This document shows, one piece after another, positions 1 to 8,305 of a stretch of DNA of 32,000 nt (its first letter is position 1; every line of letters starts with the position of its first letter). The translations under genes were made by a program, and so were the position numbers. The DNA is from Candidatus Nanoclepta minutus. GTDB taxonomy: Archaea; Nanobdellota; Nanobdellia; Nanobdellales; Nanobdellaceae. Location of the stretch: the NCBI GenBank assembly GCA_003568775.1, contig MWMI01000005.1, positions 7,516 through 39,515 on the forward strand, read 5' to 3'. The notes beneath the pieces were generated by a model. It was not told where the DNA came from. It saw only the letters and a program-made list of their open reading frames with translations, and did no database searches.

Positions 1-1851
1 ATAGGTAAAAATGCCATTAACCCTATAACAAAAGATAAGATACCTATATTACCTGCAAAGTTCGTCGATATAGAGATTGGTACGGGAATCGTGATGTCCG
101 TACCTTCAGATGCGCCTTACGATTATATTGCGCTTCTAGATCTTACGAAGGATCAGGAATATTCTAAGATTGCCGAAGATTGCTTAAGAAAGATGAAACC
201 TTTGTTTAGGTTAGAAGGATATTCGGAATTTCCCGCAAGAGATATTGTAGAAAAATTAGAAATTAAGTCACAGGAAGATAGAGATAAATTAGAGAAAGCT
301 ACAAAGGAAATATATAATAAAGAGTTTTATAATGGCATTGCTAGAGAAATTTATGGAAAATATGCTGGTAAAAAAGTATTTGAGTTCAAGGAAGAATTTG
401 AAAAGGAAATAATAGAGGAGAAAATTGCTGTTAGATATTATACTCTCCCAATAAGGTTTGTATCCAGATACAATAACAAGGTTATAGTAGGAATCGTTGA
501 AGATCAATGGTTCCTGAAGTATTCAGATATAGAATGGAAGAAGCTAGCACATGAGTGTGTAGATGGAATGTTTATATATCCAGAAAACCTGAAGAAAGTT
601 TTCCATGAATACATAGAGTGGTATAAAGATTGGGCATGTACGCATCAGAAAGAGCTGGGATCTACATTACCGTGGGATGAAAAATGGACTTTAGAATCTC
701 TTTCCGATTCTACATTGTATACGGCTTTCTATACTATTTATAATTTAATTAAGAAGATAGATCCAGAAAAAATAGGGGATGATTTATTCGATTATGTATT
801 TTTAGGAAAAGGAAATAAAGAAGAACTGATAAGAAAATATGGAGAAATTATAGAGGAAATGAGGAGAGAGTTCTTATATTGGTATCCAGTTGATATAAGG
901 ACTTCTGGAAAAGATCTAATTGGAAATCACTTTATATTCTATATATTCCATCATACAGCAATATTTCCAAAGGAGCTATGGCCTAAGGGGATAATAATCA
1001 ATGGATGGGTATTAACTGATGGAAAAAAGATGAGTAAATCTCTCGGAAACTATGTATCTATGAAGGATGCTTATGAGAAGTATAGTGTAGATGCCTTAAG
1101 GTTCTTAATAGCATATTCTGGAAATTCTGGTTTAGATGATGCGAATTTAGAGCTATCGAAGGTAGAGAACGCAGAGAGATACCTTATGGAATGGTACAGT
1201 TTTTGTATTAATAATTATAATAAGGGAAGGGTATCAGAGAAGCTACCAGTGGATCTATGGTTCGAGAGAGTTTTATATGAGAAGATAAAGGTAATTGAGA
1301 TGGAATATGAGAGATTGAATATGAGGAATGTGATAAACTCAATATATGATATTGATAATTCCTATAAATGGTATATAAAGAGGTGTGGGGAACCTCATAG
1401 AGATGTTATAAATAAATACATAATTGTAAAGTCAATAGTCCTATACCCTATAGTCCCTCATATTGTATCTGAGATACTCGAAAGGATAGGATTAGATCCA
1501 TTGAATCCATCCTGGCCATACGTTGAAGAAGTTAAAGATTTCGAGAACTTAGATAAAAGGGAAGAATATATAAGGAAAATCAGGGATGATATATCAAAGA
1601 TATTAGAGATAATAAGAATAGAAAAACCAAAGAAGATAAAAATAATAGTAGCCAGAAAAGAAAAATATAGAAATTTAAAAGAAAATTACTTCATTAGGAA
1701 TCAGGAGGAAGAGTTAAATATACTGAAGGATGCTGCTACTACAATATCTAAAGAGTTTTACTGTGATGTGGATATAGATATAGAAGAAAAATCTTCTGAG
1801 GAGAAATCAAAGAAAGCTTTACCTGGGAAGCCAGCTATAATTGTAATATAA
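1..1851 (+). CDS. leuS: Leucyl-tRNA synthetase, C-terminal part (5' end lies outside the window)
   Basis: Frame 1 is open from base 1 (IGKNAINPITKDKIPILPAKFVDIEIGTGIVMSVPSDAPYDY), so the ATG at 91 is internal. GTGIVMSVP..APYDY and KMSKSLGN are class I signatures typical of archaeal LeuRS. Stop at 1849-1851. Confidence 0.85.
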   Translation: MGKNAINPITKDKIPILPAKFVDIEIGTGIVMSVPSDAPYDYIALLDLTKDQEYSKIAEDCLRKMKPLFRLEGYSEFPARDIVEKLEIKSQEDRDKLEKATKEIYNKEFYNGIAREIYGKYAGKKVFEFKEEFEKEIIEEKIAVRYYTLPIRFVSRYNNKVIVGIVEDQWFLKYSDIEWKKLAHECVDGMFIYPENLKKVFHEYIEWYKDWACTHQKELGSTLPWDEKWTLESLSDSTLYTAFYTIYNLIKKIDPEKIGDDLFDYVFLGKGNKEELIRKYGEIIEEMRREFLYWYPVDIRTSGKDLIGNHFIFYIFHHTAIFPKELWPKGIIINGWVLTDGKKMSKSLGNYVSMKDAYEKYSVDALRFLIAYSGNSGLDDANLELSKVENAERYLMEWYSFCINNYNKGRVSEKLPVDLWFERVLYEKIKVIEMEYERLNMRNVINSIYDIDNSYKWYIKRCGEPHRDVINKYIIVKSIVLYPIVPHIVSEILERIGLDPLNPSWPYVEEVKDFENLDKREEYIRKIRDDISKILEIIRIEKPKKIKIIVARKEKYRNLKENYFIRNQEEELNILKDAATTISKEFYCDVDIDIEEKSSEEKSKKALPGKPAIIVI

Positions 1852-1897
1852 TAGCCTTACATTAAGTTTATATATGTCAAAGGATATGTAATTTATT

Positions 1898-2329
1898 ATG
1901 GCATTGGGATTTCTAAAGAGATCTAAGAAAAAGGAGGATGAAGAGATGGACTTTTTAGAAGAGTTAGAGAGTACAAAGAAAGACTTGCTAGAACCAGAAC
2001 TTCCGGAAATGAAAGTTCTAGAGAAAAAGATTGAACCGCTTCAACTGCAGCCATTGCCAGCTCCTAGCATAGAGCAACCAGTTCAATTACCTAAAGCAGA
2101 AAATAAAGTTGAGGAAAAAGAATCTCCAGAAATATACGTAAAGTTAGATAATTATAAGAAGGTATTAGATCTCTTGGATAAGCTAAAGGTAAAATTAAAG
2201 GAAATTGAAAGCTTAGTTGGAGAATTGAGAAGTGTAAAAGAGAGTGAGGTATCGAAGCTAGAAGAGATAAAGGAGAGGTTAGAGAAGTCTAAAGAGGATA
2301 TAGGGGAGGTATTAGAGAACTTGAAATAG
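1898..2329 (+). CDS. Hypothetical acidic coiled-coil protein (143 aa): basic N-terminus, Pro/Gln-rich linker, K/E-rich heptad-like C-terminus
   Basis: Intact ORF in an intergenic slot. Composition and periodicity suggest a coiled coil. No family recognised. Confidence 0.5.
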   Translation: MALGFLKRSKKKEDEEMDFLEELESTKKDLLEPELPEMKVLEKKIEPLQLQPLPAPSIEQPVQLPKAENKVEEKESPEIYVKLDNYKKVLDLLDKLKVKLKEIESLVGELRSVKESEVSKLEEIKERLEKSKEDIGEVLENLK

Positions 2330-2362
2330 GCTTAAAAAAATTAGATATAGAGAAAAAACATA

Positions 2363-2433
2363 GCGCCGGTAGTCTAGTGGGAGGATGCGGGCCTGCCTAG
2401 CCCGAGACCCGGGTTCGAATCCCGGCCGGCGCA
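2363..2433 (+). tRNA. tRNA-Gly (anticodon GCC), 71 nt, no intron, CCA not encoded
   Basis: Hand-folded cloverleaf. Acceptor GCGCCGG/CCGGCGC with discriminator A. Anticodon stem CGGGC/GCCCG with loop CTGCCTA. T arm CCGGG-TTCGAAT-CCCGG. GC-rich island in AT-rich DNA. Confidence 0.9.
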
Positions 2434-2450
2434 GTTAAAAATCATGTAAA

Positions 2451-2831
2451 ATGGAGACCCTATACATAAAAATTCCAAAAGCATCGGAAGTTAAGAGGAA
2501 ACTACTAGAGGTAAAGAAGAATATATACCTAAACCTGCATGATACTATTGAAGATCTTACTACTAAAGATAAGTATGATGAAAAGTTGAGCAAAATATTG
2601 ACGAAGATAGGAGAGGCTTCCGAAATATTGGATAATATTAAATCGGTTATTCCTTCTAGAGAAGAAATAGAAAAGCTTGAAGAGGGTACAGAGAAGAAGA
2701 GAGCAAGATCTAAGAAAGAGGAAAAGAAGGTTGAGGAAGAGAAAAAAGACTATATAAAAGAAGAATTAGGTAAAATTGAGGAAGAATTGAAGAGAATACA
2801 GGAAGAATTATTGAGGTTGGCTGGATATTAA
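2451..2831 (+). CDS. Hypothetical K/E-rich coiled-coil protein (126 aa)
   Basis: Intact ORF. Its 3' end overlaps the convergent RNase Z gene by 24 nt. Loose resemblance to the C-terminal half of the 143-aa neighbour (LYIKI.. versus IYVKL.., each followed by a long helix). Confidence 0.5.
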   Translation: METLYIKIPKASEVKRKLLEVKKNIYLNLHDTIEDLTTKDKYDEKLSKILTKIGEASEILDNIKSVIPSREEIEKLEEGTEKKRARSKKEEKKVEEEKKDYIKEELGKIEEELKRIQEELLRLAGY

Positions 2832-3800
2832 TTTTAAATCTCCAGTTTTTTCATCTCTTCTATATTCAACTATTTTTCCCCCAATATTGAGTTTTAAAGT
2901 ATCCCTTGTATATTCTATTATACTTAGATCTTCTAGGAAGTATATATTTTTATTTTCAGATTCTATCTTTTCTCTTATCATCTCTATCTCCTTATCGTAT
3001 CTCTGGCTAAAATGCATTAAGAGCAATAACTTACTGTTACTTCTATCAAAAAGGTTCTTTACTTCGATAAAATCCAGATGGTAATGTTCTTTAGCTAAGT
3101 GTGGATCATAAAAATAGTACGATTCTGAAATCAGAATATCTGAATCCTTTACAAAATCTATTAAATCTTCAAAAAACAGGGTATCGGTTATATAAGATAC
3201 CTTTATACCTTTCTTTATATATCCTATATCTTTATATGATATTTTTTTACCATTAATTTCTACAGTTTTTCCTTCCTTAATCTTTTTTAATATTTTCTTA
3301 TCACCAAAAACTCCCAATTCTTTTGCTATTTTTTCATCTATTTTTATATAATCTTTTTGCTTAAAATAGAGAGAGTAAGTTTCTATGCTATGTTTTACTT
3401 TTTTAGCATAAATTTCAAATTCCTGATCATCTAAAACTTTTCCATCGTGCAGCTCTTTTATAGATATTTCAAAGTTGGGCTCTATTCCAAAACCTTTCAA
3501 AATATATTCTAAATTCTTTTTATAACCTCTAGGTATAAAGATGTTCAATTTTTCTGAGTAGCCCATGTTTATTAAACTGAATAGTATTCCCGGCAGACCT
3601 AGTATATGGTCTCCATGCCAGTGAGTTAGAAAGATGTACTTTATCTTTGATGGTTTTATCTTTAAGGATCTTATCTGTCTCTGAGTACCTTCCCCACAAT
3701 CGAACATAATCCCTACTCCCTTATATTCTATGAAAACTGATGGATGGTTTCTCCTTTTATTTGGAAAAGTTCCCGATGTGCCTAATATATATACCCTCAT
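2808..3800 (-). CDS. rnz: Ribonuclease Z (tRNA 3' endonuclease), metallo-beta-lactamase fold
   Basis: N-terminal MRVYILGTSGTFP....HPS, HxHxDH motif (LTHWHGDHILGLPG) and a ~330 aa length fit short-form RNase Z. Confidence 0.8.
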   Translation of the reverse strand: MRVYILGTSGTFPNKRRNHPSVFIEYKGVGIMFDCGEGTQRQIRSLKIKPSKIKYIFLTHWHGDHILGLPGILFSLINMGYSEKLNIFIPRGYKKNLEYILKGFGIEPNFEISIKELHDGKVLDDQEFEIYAKKVKHSIETYSLYFKQKDYIKIDEKIAKELGVFGDKKILKKIKEGKTVEINGKKISYKDIGYIKKGIKVSYITDTLFFEDLIDFVKDSDILISESYYFYDPHLAKEHYHLDFIEVKNLFDRSNSKLLLLMHFSQRYDKEIEMIREKIESENKNIYFLEDLSIIEYTRDTLKLNIGGKIVEYRRDEKTGDLKLISSQPQ

Positions 3801-4906
3801 TATACCTTCCAGTTGAACCTTGGAAAGCCTTCAAATATTATATAATACAATAAAATATATATGATTATGAAAGCTTCTAATAAAGAGTATATCCCTACAA
3901 ATCCAATTACATAATGGATTCCTACAATCTTTTTCTTTATTAACAGAGAAATAAATATTACAATACTAAAAGATAAGACAAATAAAAGAAAATAATACAG
4001 GTATACTAAGATTTTATATACTAAGAATGGGGAAAAGACGAATATATAAAAGATCGAAAGGTTCTCAACTATTCCTACATATATTGCCTTACTGAGGGAG
4101 TAAAAAAACATATAAGGTACATACAAGGTAAATAAGAAGAAAACTATCCAAGGGTTTAAAGCTATTACGAATGGCAATTCTAATGGCCTATTAAGGAAAT
4201 AACTAATAAGTACTCTCAAATGGTATAAAAATACTTCTAAGCCTCCAGATATCCACCTCTTCCTCTGATCAATCCATCTTCGAAAAGATTCTAAAGGAGC
4301 AGTCTCTACTACTATATTCTTCGACAGGCATGTAAGATATCCTCTTTTATATGCTCTTATTGCAAAATCTACATCTTCAACTATAACTCTAGCATATCCA
4401 CCCAAATCTTGCCAAACTTTTTTCTTTACAGCAAAACCGGCTCCATTTAGAAAGATATTCCCACTTTTTGAAAAGAGTGGTACTATAAGTTCCATATAGA
4501 TCACCCACTCTAAAGCATATAGTTTGTTCCAAAAACTGGTGGGCTTCACATATTTATAAAACTCTACGATATCCGATTTTTCTAAATCCTCCAAAACTTT
4601 TTTTAAATTTATATTAACTATCCTTGCATCACTATCTATAAAGATGAGAATATCTCCAGATGAATAACTAGCCGCTATATTTGTTGCAGCAACCTTTCCC
4701 CTCCTTTCAGATGAAATTAACAGCTTTACATTTTTTAAATGTTTTATTTCTTTTAGTTTTTCTAAGAATTCTTCAGTAGGACAGTCCACAGCGATTATTA
4801 TTTCTTTTAGTTCTGAAGGATACGGATCAGAAAGTATCTTTGATATATTCTCAAGAACATAAGGACTTTCTTTATATATCGGGAATATAAATGAAACCTT
4901 CTTCAT
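3800..4906 (-). CDS. Family 2 glycosyltransferase with C-terminal multi-TM domain (processive beta-glycosyltransferase-like)
   Basis: GT-A N-terminus (SFIFPIYKES), DxD (IDSDA), QxxRW (QRKRW), then several hydrophobic helices. Its stop overlaps the rnz start by 1 nt. Confidence 0.8.
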   Translation of the reverse strand: MKKVSFIFPIYKESPYVLENISKILSDPYPSELKEIIIAVDCPTEEFLEKLKEIKHLKNVKLLISSERRGKVAATNIAASYSSGDILIFIDSDARIVNINLKKVLEDLEKSDIVEFYKYVKPTSFWNKLYALEWVIYMELIVPLFSKSGNIFLNGAGFAVKKKVWQDLGGYARVIVEDVDFAIRAYKRGYLTCLSKNIVVETAPLESFRRWIDQRKRWISGGLEVFLYHLRVLISYFLNRPLELPFVIALNPWIVFFLFTLYVPYMFFYSLSKAIYVGIVENLSIFYIFVFSPFLVYKILVYLYYFLLFVLSFSIVIFISLLIKKKIVGIHYVIGFVGIYSLLEAFIIIYILLYYIIFEGFPRFNWKV

Positions 4907-4934
4907 AAAATTACTTATACTTTAGAAACATTTA

Positions 4935-5000
4935 GAAAGTATGTGATGAAGGTCAGAGTTAGCTGATGGGTGATGTAGTTCAGGTACCGGCTGATCTTTC
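4935..5000 (+). ncRNA. Candidate C/D box sRNA (2'-O-methylation guide)
   Basis: Relatively GC-rich intergenic island. C box GTGATGA (4943-4949), D' CTGA (4963-4966), C'-like GTGATGT (4970-4976), D CTGA (4991-4994). Flanking GAAAG (4935-4939) and CTTTC (4996-5000) could pair as a terminal stem. Spacers of 13 and 14 nt are longer than the canonical 12. Confidence 0.3.
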
Positions 5001-7555
5001 TACATAAAGATTACTATCTTAATTATCATTAGCAAGAAAGCAAATAGCGAAACTATTACAAAATCAAAGAAAATTGGGTATTTACCTCCAACATACTTTA
5101 GTAAATATGGATTTAGGAAGGAGGATACTAATAGAATTGATAAAAATATTGAAATAAGGATATTCTTACTTTTAAAGAGTTCAATGTTGTATTTAAATTT
5201 GTAGTACCACATTAATATAGGTCTTGATAATACGAAGAAGAGCATTATAGAATAAACGTTTCCTACTGTAGCAAATGCAATTGATGTTGATAAAATACCT
5301 ATAAATAAGCTATTCCTTATTATTCCTAGAATAGTTCTATTGTTGATCATCCTTTTCTCGGGTTTTCTCTTTAGATATCTCTCATCCATCTCGGCATTTA
5401 CGATAGATATAGAATAAATCGTTTCTACAGCCATGTTAAGGGCTAATATAGTAATTACGTTCAGGAATATCTGGGAGAAGAAGAAAAAAGTTATTAAGAT
5501 GTGAGTAAATATGCCCAAGAGAATCGATAACAAAATTATTAGATAAACCTTTAAAGAATAATATATCTTTCTCCCTTCCTTTATGGCTTCTATTACTGAA
5601 GAAAAACTATTTCTTAGAAGTATAGCGCTTGAAGATTCCTTTGCTATATCTGCTGCGTCTTCTAGAGATATCCCAATATCCGCAACTTTTAAAGATAAGG
5701 AATCGTTTATTCCATCTCCTATGAATGCTACATAGTATCCATTGTTTTTAAACAACTTAACCAACCTAAACTTATCATCTGGATCGGCTCTAGCAATAAT
5801 TTTTGTATCTTTTAAAATATTCAATAATTCTTTATCACTCATTTTCTTGAGATCTTCTCCCAAAATAAATTTCTCCCCCAATCCAACTTTCCTTCCAACA
5901 AAAACAGCAGTTAAAGGATGATCGCCAGTTACTATATATACATCTATGCCAGCTTCTTTTGCGAATTTAATAGCATCAATTGCATCCTCTCTTACGGGGT
6001 CTTCTATACCGACTATCCCTAAAAATACTATATCCTTTTCTATCTCTTCATCTAAAGACTTTAATTCTTTATATCCAAAGGCTAGAGTCCTAAAACCTTC
6101 TTTTGCAAATTCTTCAAAAACCTCTCTTATTTTATTTTTATACTTTTCTATATCAACTTTCCTACCGTTTAAGTATACGAACTTACTTATCTCTAGAACT
6201 TTTTCTGGAGCCCCCTTTACGAATGCTATATATCTATTATCTTTTTTTATAACTATAGACATCCTTTTTCTAATAGAATCAAATTCTAGTAATCTTATTT
6301 TTTCATAATAAGTTTCTTTTCCTGCCTTTCTTGCTAAAAATATTAAGGCTGCTTCTAAGGGATCTCCAATTATCTTTATCTCATTATTTTCTTCTATAAT
6401 ATTAGTTTCAACGGAGTTTGTCAATGCCTCTAGAAATATTTCTAGTTCTTTATTATCAACCCTTTTATCGTTAAGAAGTATTTCTCCTTTTTCACTATAT
6501 CCTATACCTGTTACATTATAGATTTTATTGTTAAACCAAAACTTCCTTACAGTGTGTTTGTTATAAGTTAAAGTTCCAGTTTTATCCGTTAGAATTACAT
6601 CAACGGATCCTAACGTTTCAACAAGGCTTTGTTTCTTTACCAATAAGCCCTTATTCTTCAGCCTATCCAGGGCAAAAGTATAGATTATTGTTAGAGCCGT
6701 TGGTAAACCCTCTGGAATTACAACAACTCCAACTGCAATTGAAAAAATAATAGCATTTATCAATGAAAAGTATCCAGTTAATAATGTTATTGAAAAAGTT
6801 ATTATTATTAAAACTGCAACTATAATTGAAATATATCTAGAAAACCTATCTATTTCCTCTTCCAATATGGTTTTGCTTTCCTTTTCTTTATATATCTTTG
6901 AGTAAAGGGAACCGATGTATGTATTGTTTCCAGTTTCTATAACAACGCCTTTTACCTTTCCCTTAACGATATAAGTACCAGAATATAGCATGTTCCTTCT
7001 TTCATAGATACTTGTATCCTCAGGTAAAGCTTCTGGTGATTTTTCAACTGGTAAAGATTCTCCGGTTAATATACTTTCATCTACTAACAGATCTATGCAT
7101 TCTATTATTCTAATATCCGCAGGTACCCTATCCCCAGCTTTTAATACTATTATATCACCAGGAACTAAATACTTAGAATCAATCAAAATTTCTTTACCAT
7201 TCCTTATCACCAAAACTTCCTGTTTTAATAGCCTTTTTAGTTTCTTAATTATGTTTTCAGCCTGATAAGTATTTAAGACATCAAATAGAAAATAAACAAA
7301 TATCATAAATAGAATAAAAAATCCCTCGAAAATAGATCCAGTTAATAGTGATAGGAAAAAGGCTAGAAAGAATAACCAAAAGAATGCGCTTTTTAATTTC
7401 TCCTTTAATGTTTTTAAAATTAAGTTTTCCTTTTTTATCCTTATCTCATTATAACCGTATACCTTTAATCTTTTATTAACTTCCTCCTCCGTTAAACCGT
7501 TTAAAGATGTATTTAATCTGTTTAATACTTCATTAACATCCAAACTATGCCACAT
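5000..7555 (-). CDS. Cation-transporting P-type ATPase (P2-like; ion specificity unknown)
   Basis: TGES (LTGESLPVEK), PEGLP in TM4, phosphorylation site DKTGTLT, TGDHPLTA, GDGINDS. No CPC or metal-binding domain. Confidence 0.9.
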   Translation of the reverse strand: MWHSLDVNEVLNRLNTSLNGLTEEEVNKRLKVYGYNEIRIKKENLILKTLKEKLKSAFFWLFFLAFFLSLLTGSIFEGFFILFMIFVYFLFDVLNTYQAENIIKKLKRLLKQEVLVIRNGKEILIDSKYLVPGDIIVLKAGDRVPADIRIIECIDLLVDESILTGESLPVEKSPEALPEDTSIYERRNMLYSGTYIVKGKVKGVVIETGNNTYIGSLYSKIYKEKESKTILEEEIDRFSRYISIIVAVLIIITFSITLLTGYFSLINAIIFSIAVGVVVIPEGLPTALTIIYTFALDRLKNKGLLVKKQSLVETLGSVDVILTDKTGTLTYNKHTVRKFWFNNKIYNVTGIGYSEKGEILLNDKRVDNKELEIFLEALTNSVETNIIEENNEIKIIGDPLEAALIFLARKAGKETYYEKIRLLEFDSIRKRMSIVIKKDNRYIAFVKGAPEKVLEISKFVYLNGRKVDIEKYKNKIREVFEEFAKEGFRTLAFGYKELKSLDEEIEKDIVFLGIVGIEDPVREDAIDAIKFAKEAGIDVYIVTGDHPLTAVFVGRKVGLGEKFILGEDLKKMSDKELLNILKDTKIIARADPDDKFRLVKLFKNNGYYVAFIGDGINDSLSLKVADIGISLEDAADIAKESSSAILLRNSFSSVIEAIKEGRKIYYSLKVYLIILLSILLGIFTHILITFFFFSQIFLNVITILALNMAVETIYSISIVNAEMDERYLKRKPEKRMINNRTILGIIRNSLFIGILSTSIAFATVGNVYSIMLFFVLSRPILMWYYKFKYNIELFKSKNILISIFLSILLVSSFLNPYLLKYVGGKYPIFFDFVIVSLFAFLLMIIKIVIFM

Positions 7556-7611
7556 TATATAAAAATTAGTATAACAAAATTTAAGATAAGCAAAGTATAT
7601 TCTTTGAAAAA

Positions 7612-8280
7612 ATGCTATTGATTAACTTAAAAGCTTATAAAAGGACTATTGGAAGGGGGGCAATAGAAGTTTTGGAAGCTGCTGAAAGGGTTTCTGAAGA
7701 GACAGGTATAGAGATAGGAATAGCTCCGCAACCTACTGATATATATTTATTATCTAAAAATGCAAAGAGAGTAAAGATATTTGCACAGCATATAGATCCC
7801 GTTAGAAATGAGGCTAGTACAGGACACATATTACCAGAGGCTGTAAAAGAAGCTGGTGCCGTTGGAACCTTATTAAACCATTCAGAAAGACCTATGACCT
7901 TAATAGAAATTGGAGAAGCTATAGAAATTGCTAAAAAAATTGGTTTAATAACCGTTGTTTGCGTGAACAATGATAAACTAGCAAAGGTTATTGCATGTTT
8001 ATCTCCAGATTATATTGCTGTAGAACCCCCCGAATTAATAGGAACTGGTATATCTGTTTCAAAGGCTAAACCTGAAATAGTAAAGAATTCCGTTAAAAGC
8101 GTAAAAAGCGTTAATGAAAAAGTAAAGGTACTAGTTGGGGCTGGAATATCTAATAAGGAAGATGTTAAGAAAGCTTTGGAATTGGGAGCTGATGGAGTTT
8201 TGTTAGCATCCGCAGTAACAAAGGCTAATAATTTCTATGAAAAAATAAGGGAATTAGCTGAAGGATTTTTCTATAAATAA
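7612..8280 (+). CDS. tpiA: Triosephosphate isomerase, short archaeal type
   Basis: About 222 aa. LINLKAY, STGH, LLNHSE, VEPPELIGTG, GAGI and GVLLASAV match archaeal TIM. Confidence 0.85.
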   Translation: MLLINLKAYKRTIGRGAIEVLEAAERVSEETGIEIGIAPQPTDIYLLSKNAKRVKIFAQHIDPVRNEASTGHILPEAVKEAGAVGTLLNHSERPMTLIEIGEAIEIAKKIGLITVVCVNNDKLAKVIACLSPDYIAVEPPELIGTGISVSKAKPEIVKNSVKSVKSVNEKVKVLVGAGISNKEDVKKALELGADGVLLASAVTKANNFYEKIRELAEGFFYK

Positions 8281-8305
8281 ATGATTGAATTGCTAATAAA
8301 AACAT

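Noticed and set aside
289-507. 72-aa minus-strand ORF
   Set aside because: It is antisense within leuS.
5946-6308. 120-aa plus-strand ORF
   Set aside because: It lies entirely antisense within the P-type ATPase gene, which has clear motifs. It is a low-complexity S/F/L-rich shadow ORF.
7635-7970. 111-aa minus-strand ORF
   Set aside because: It is antisense to tpiA, whose frame carries all the conserved TIM motifs.
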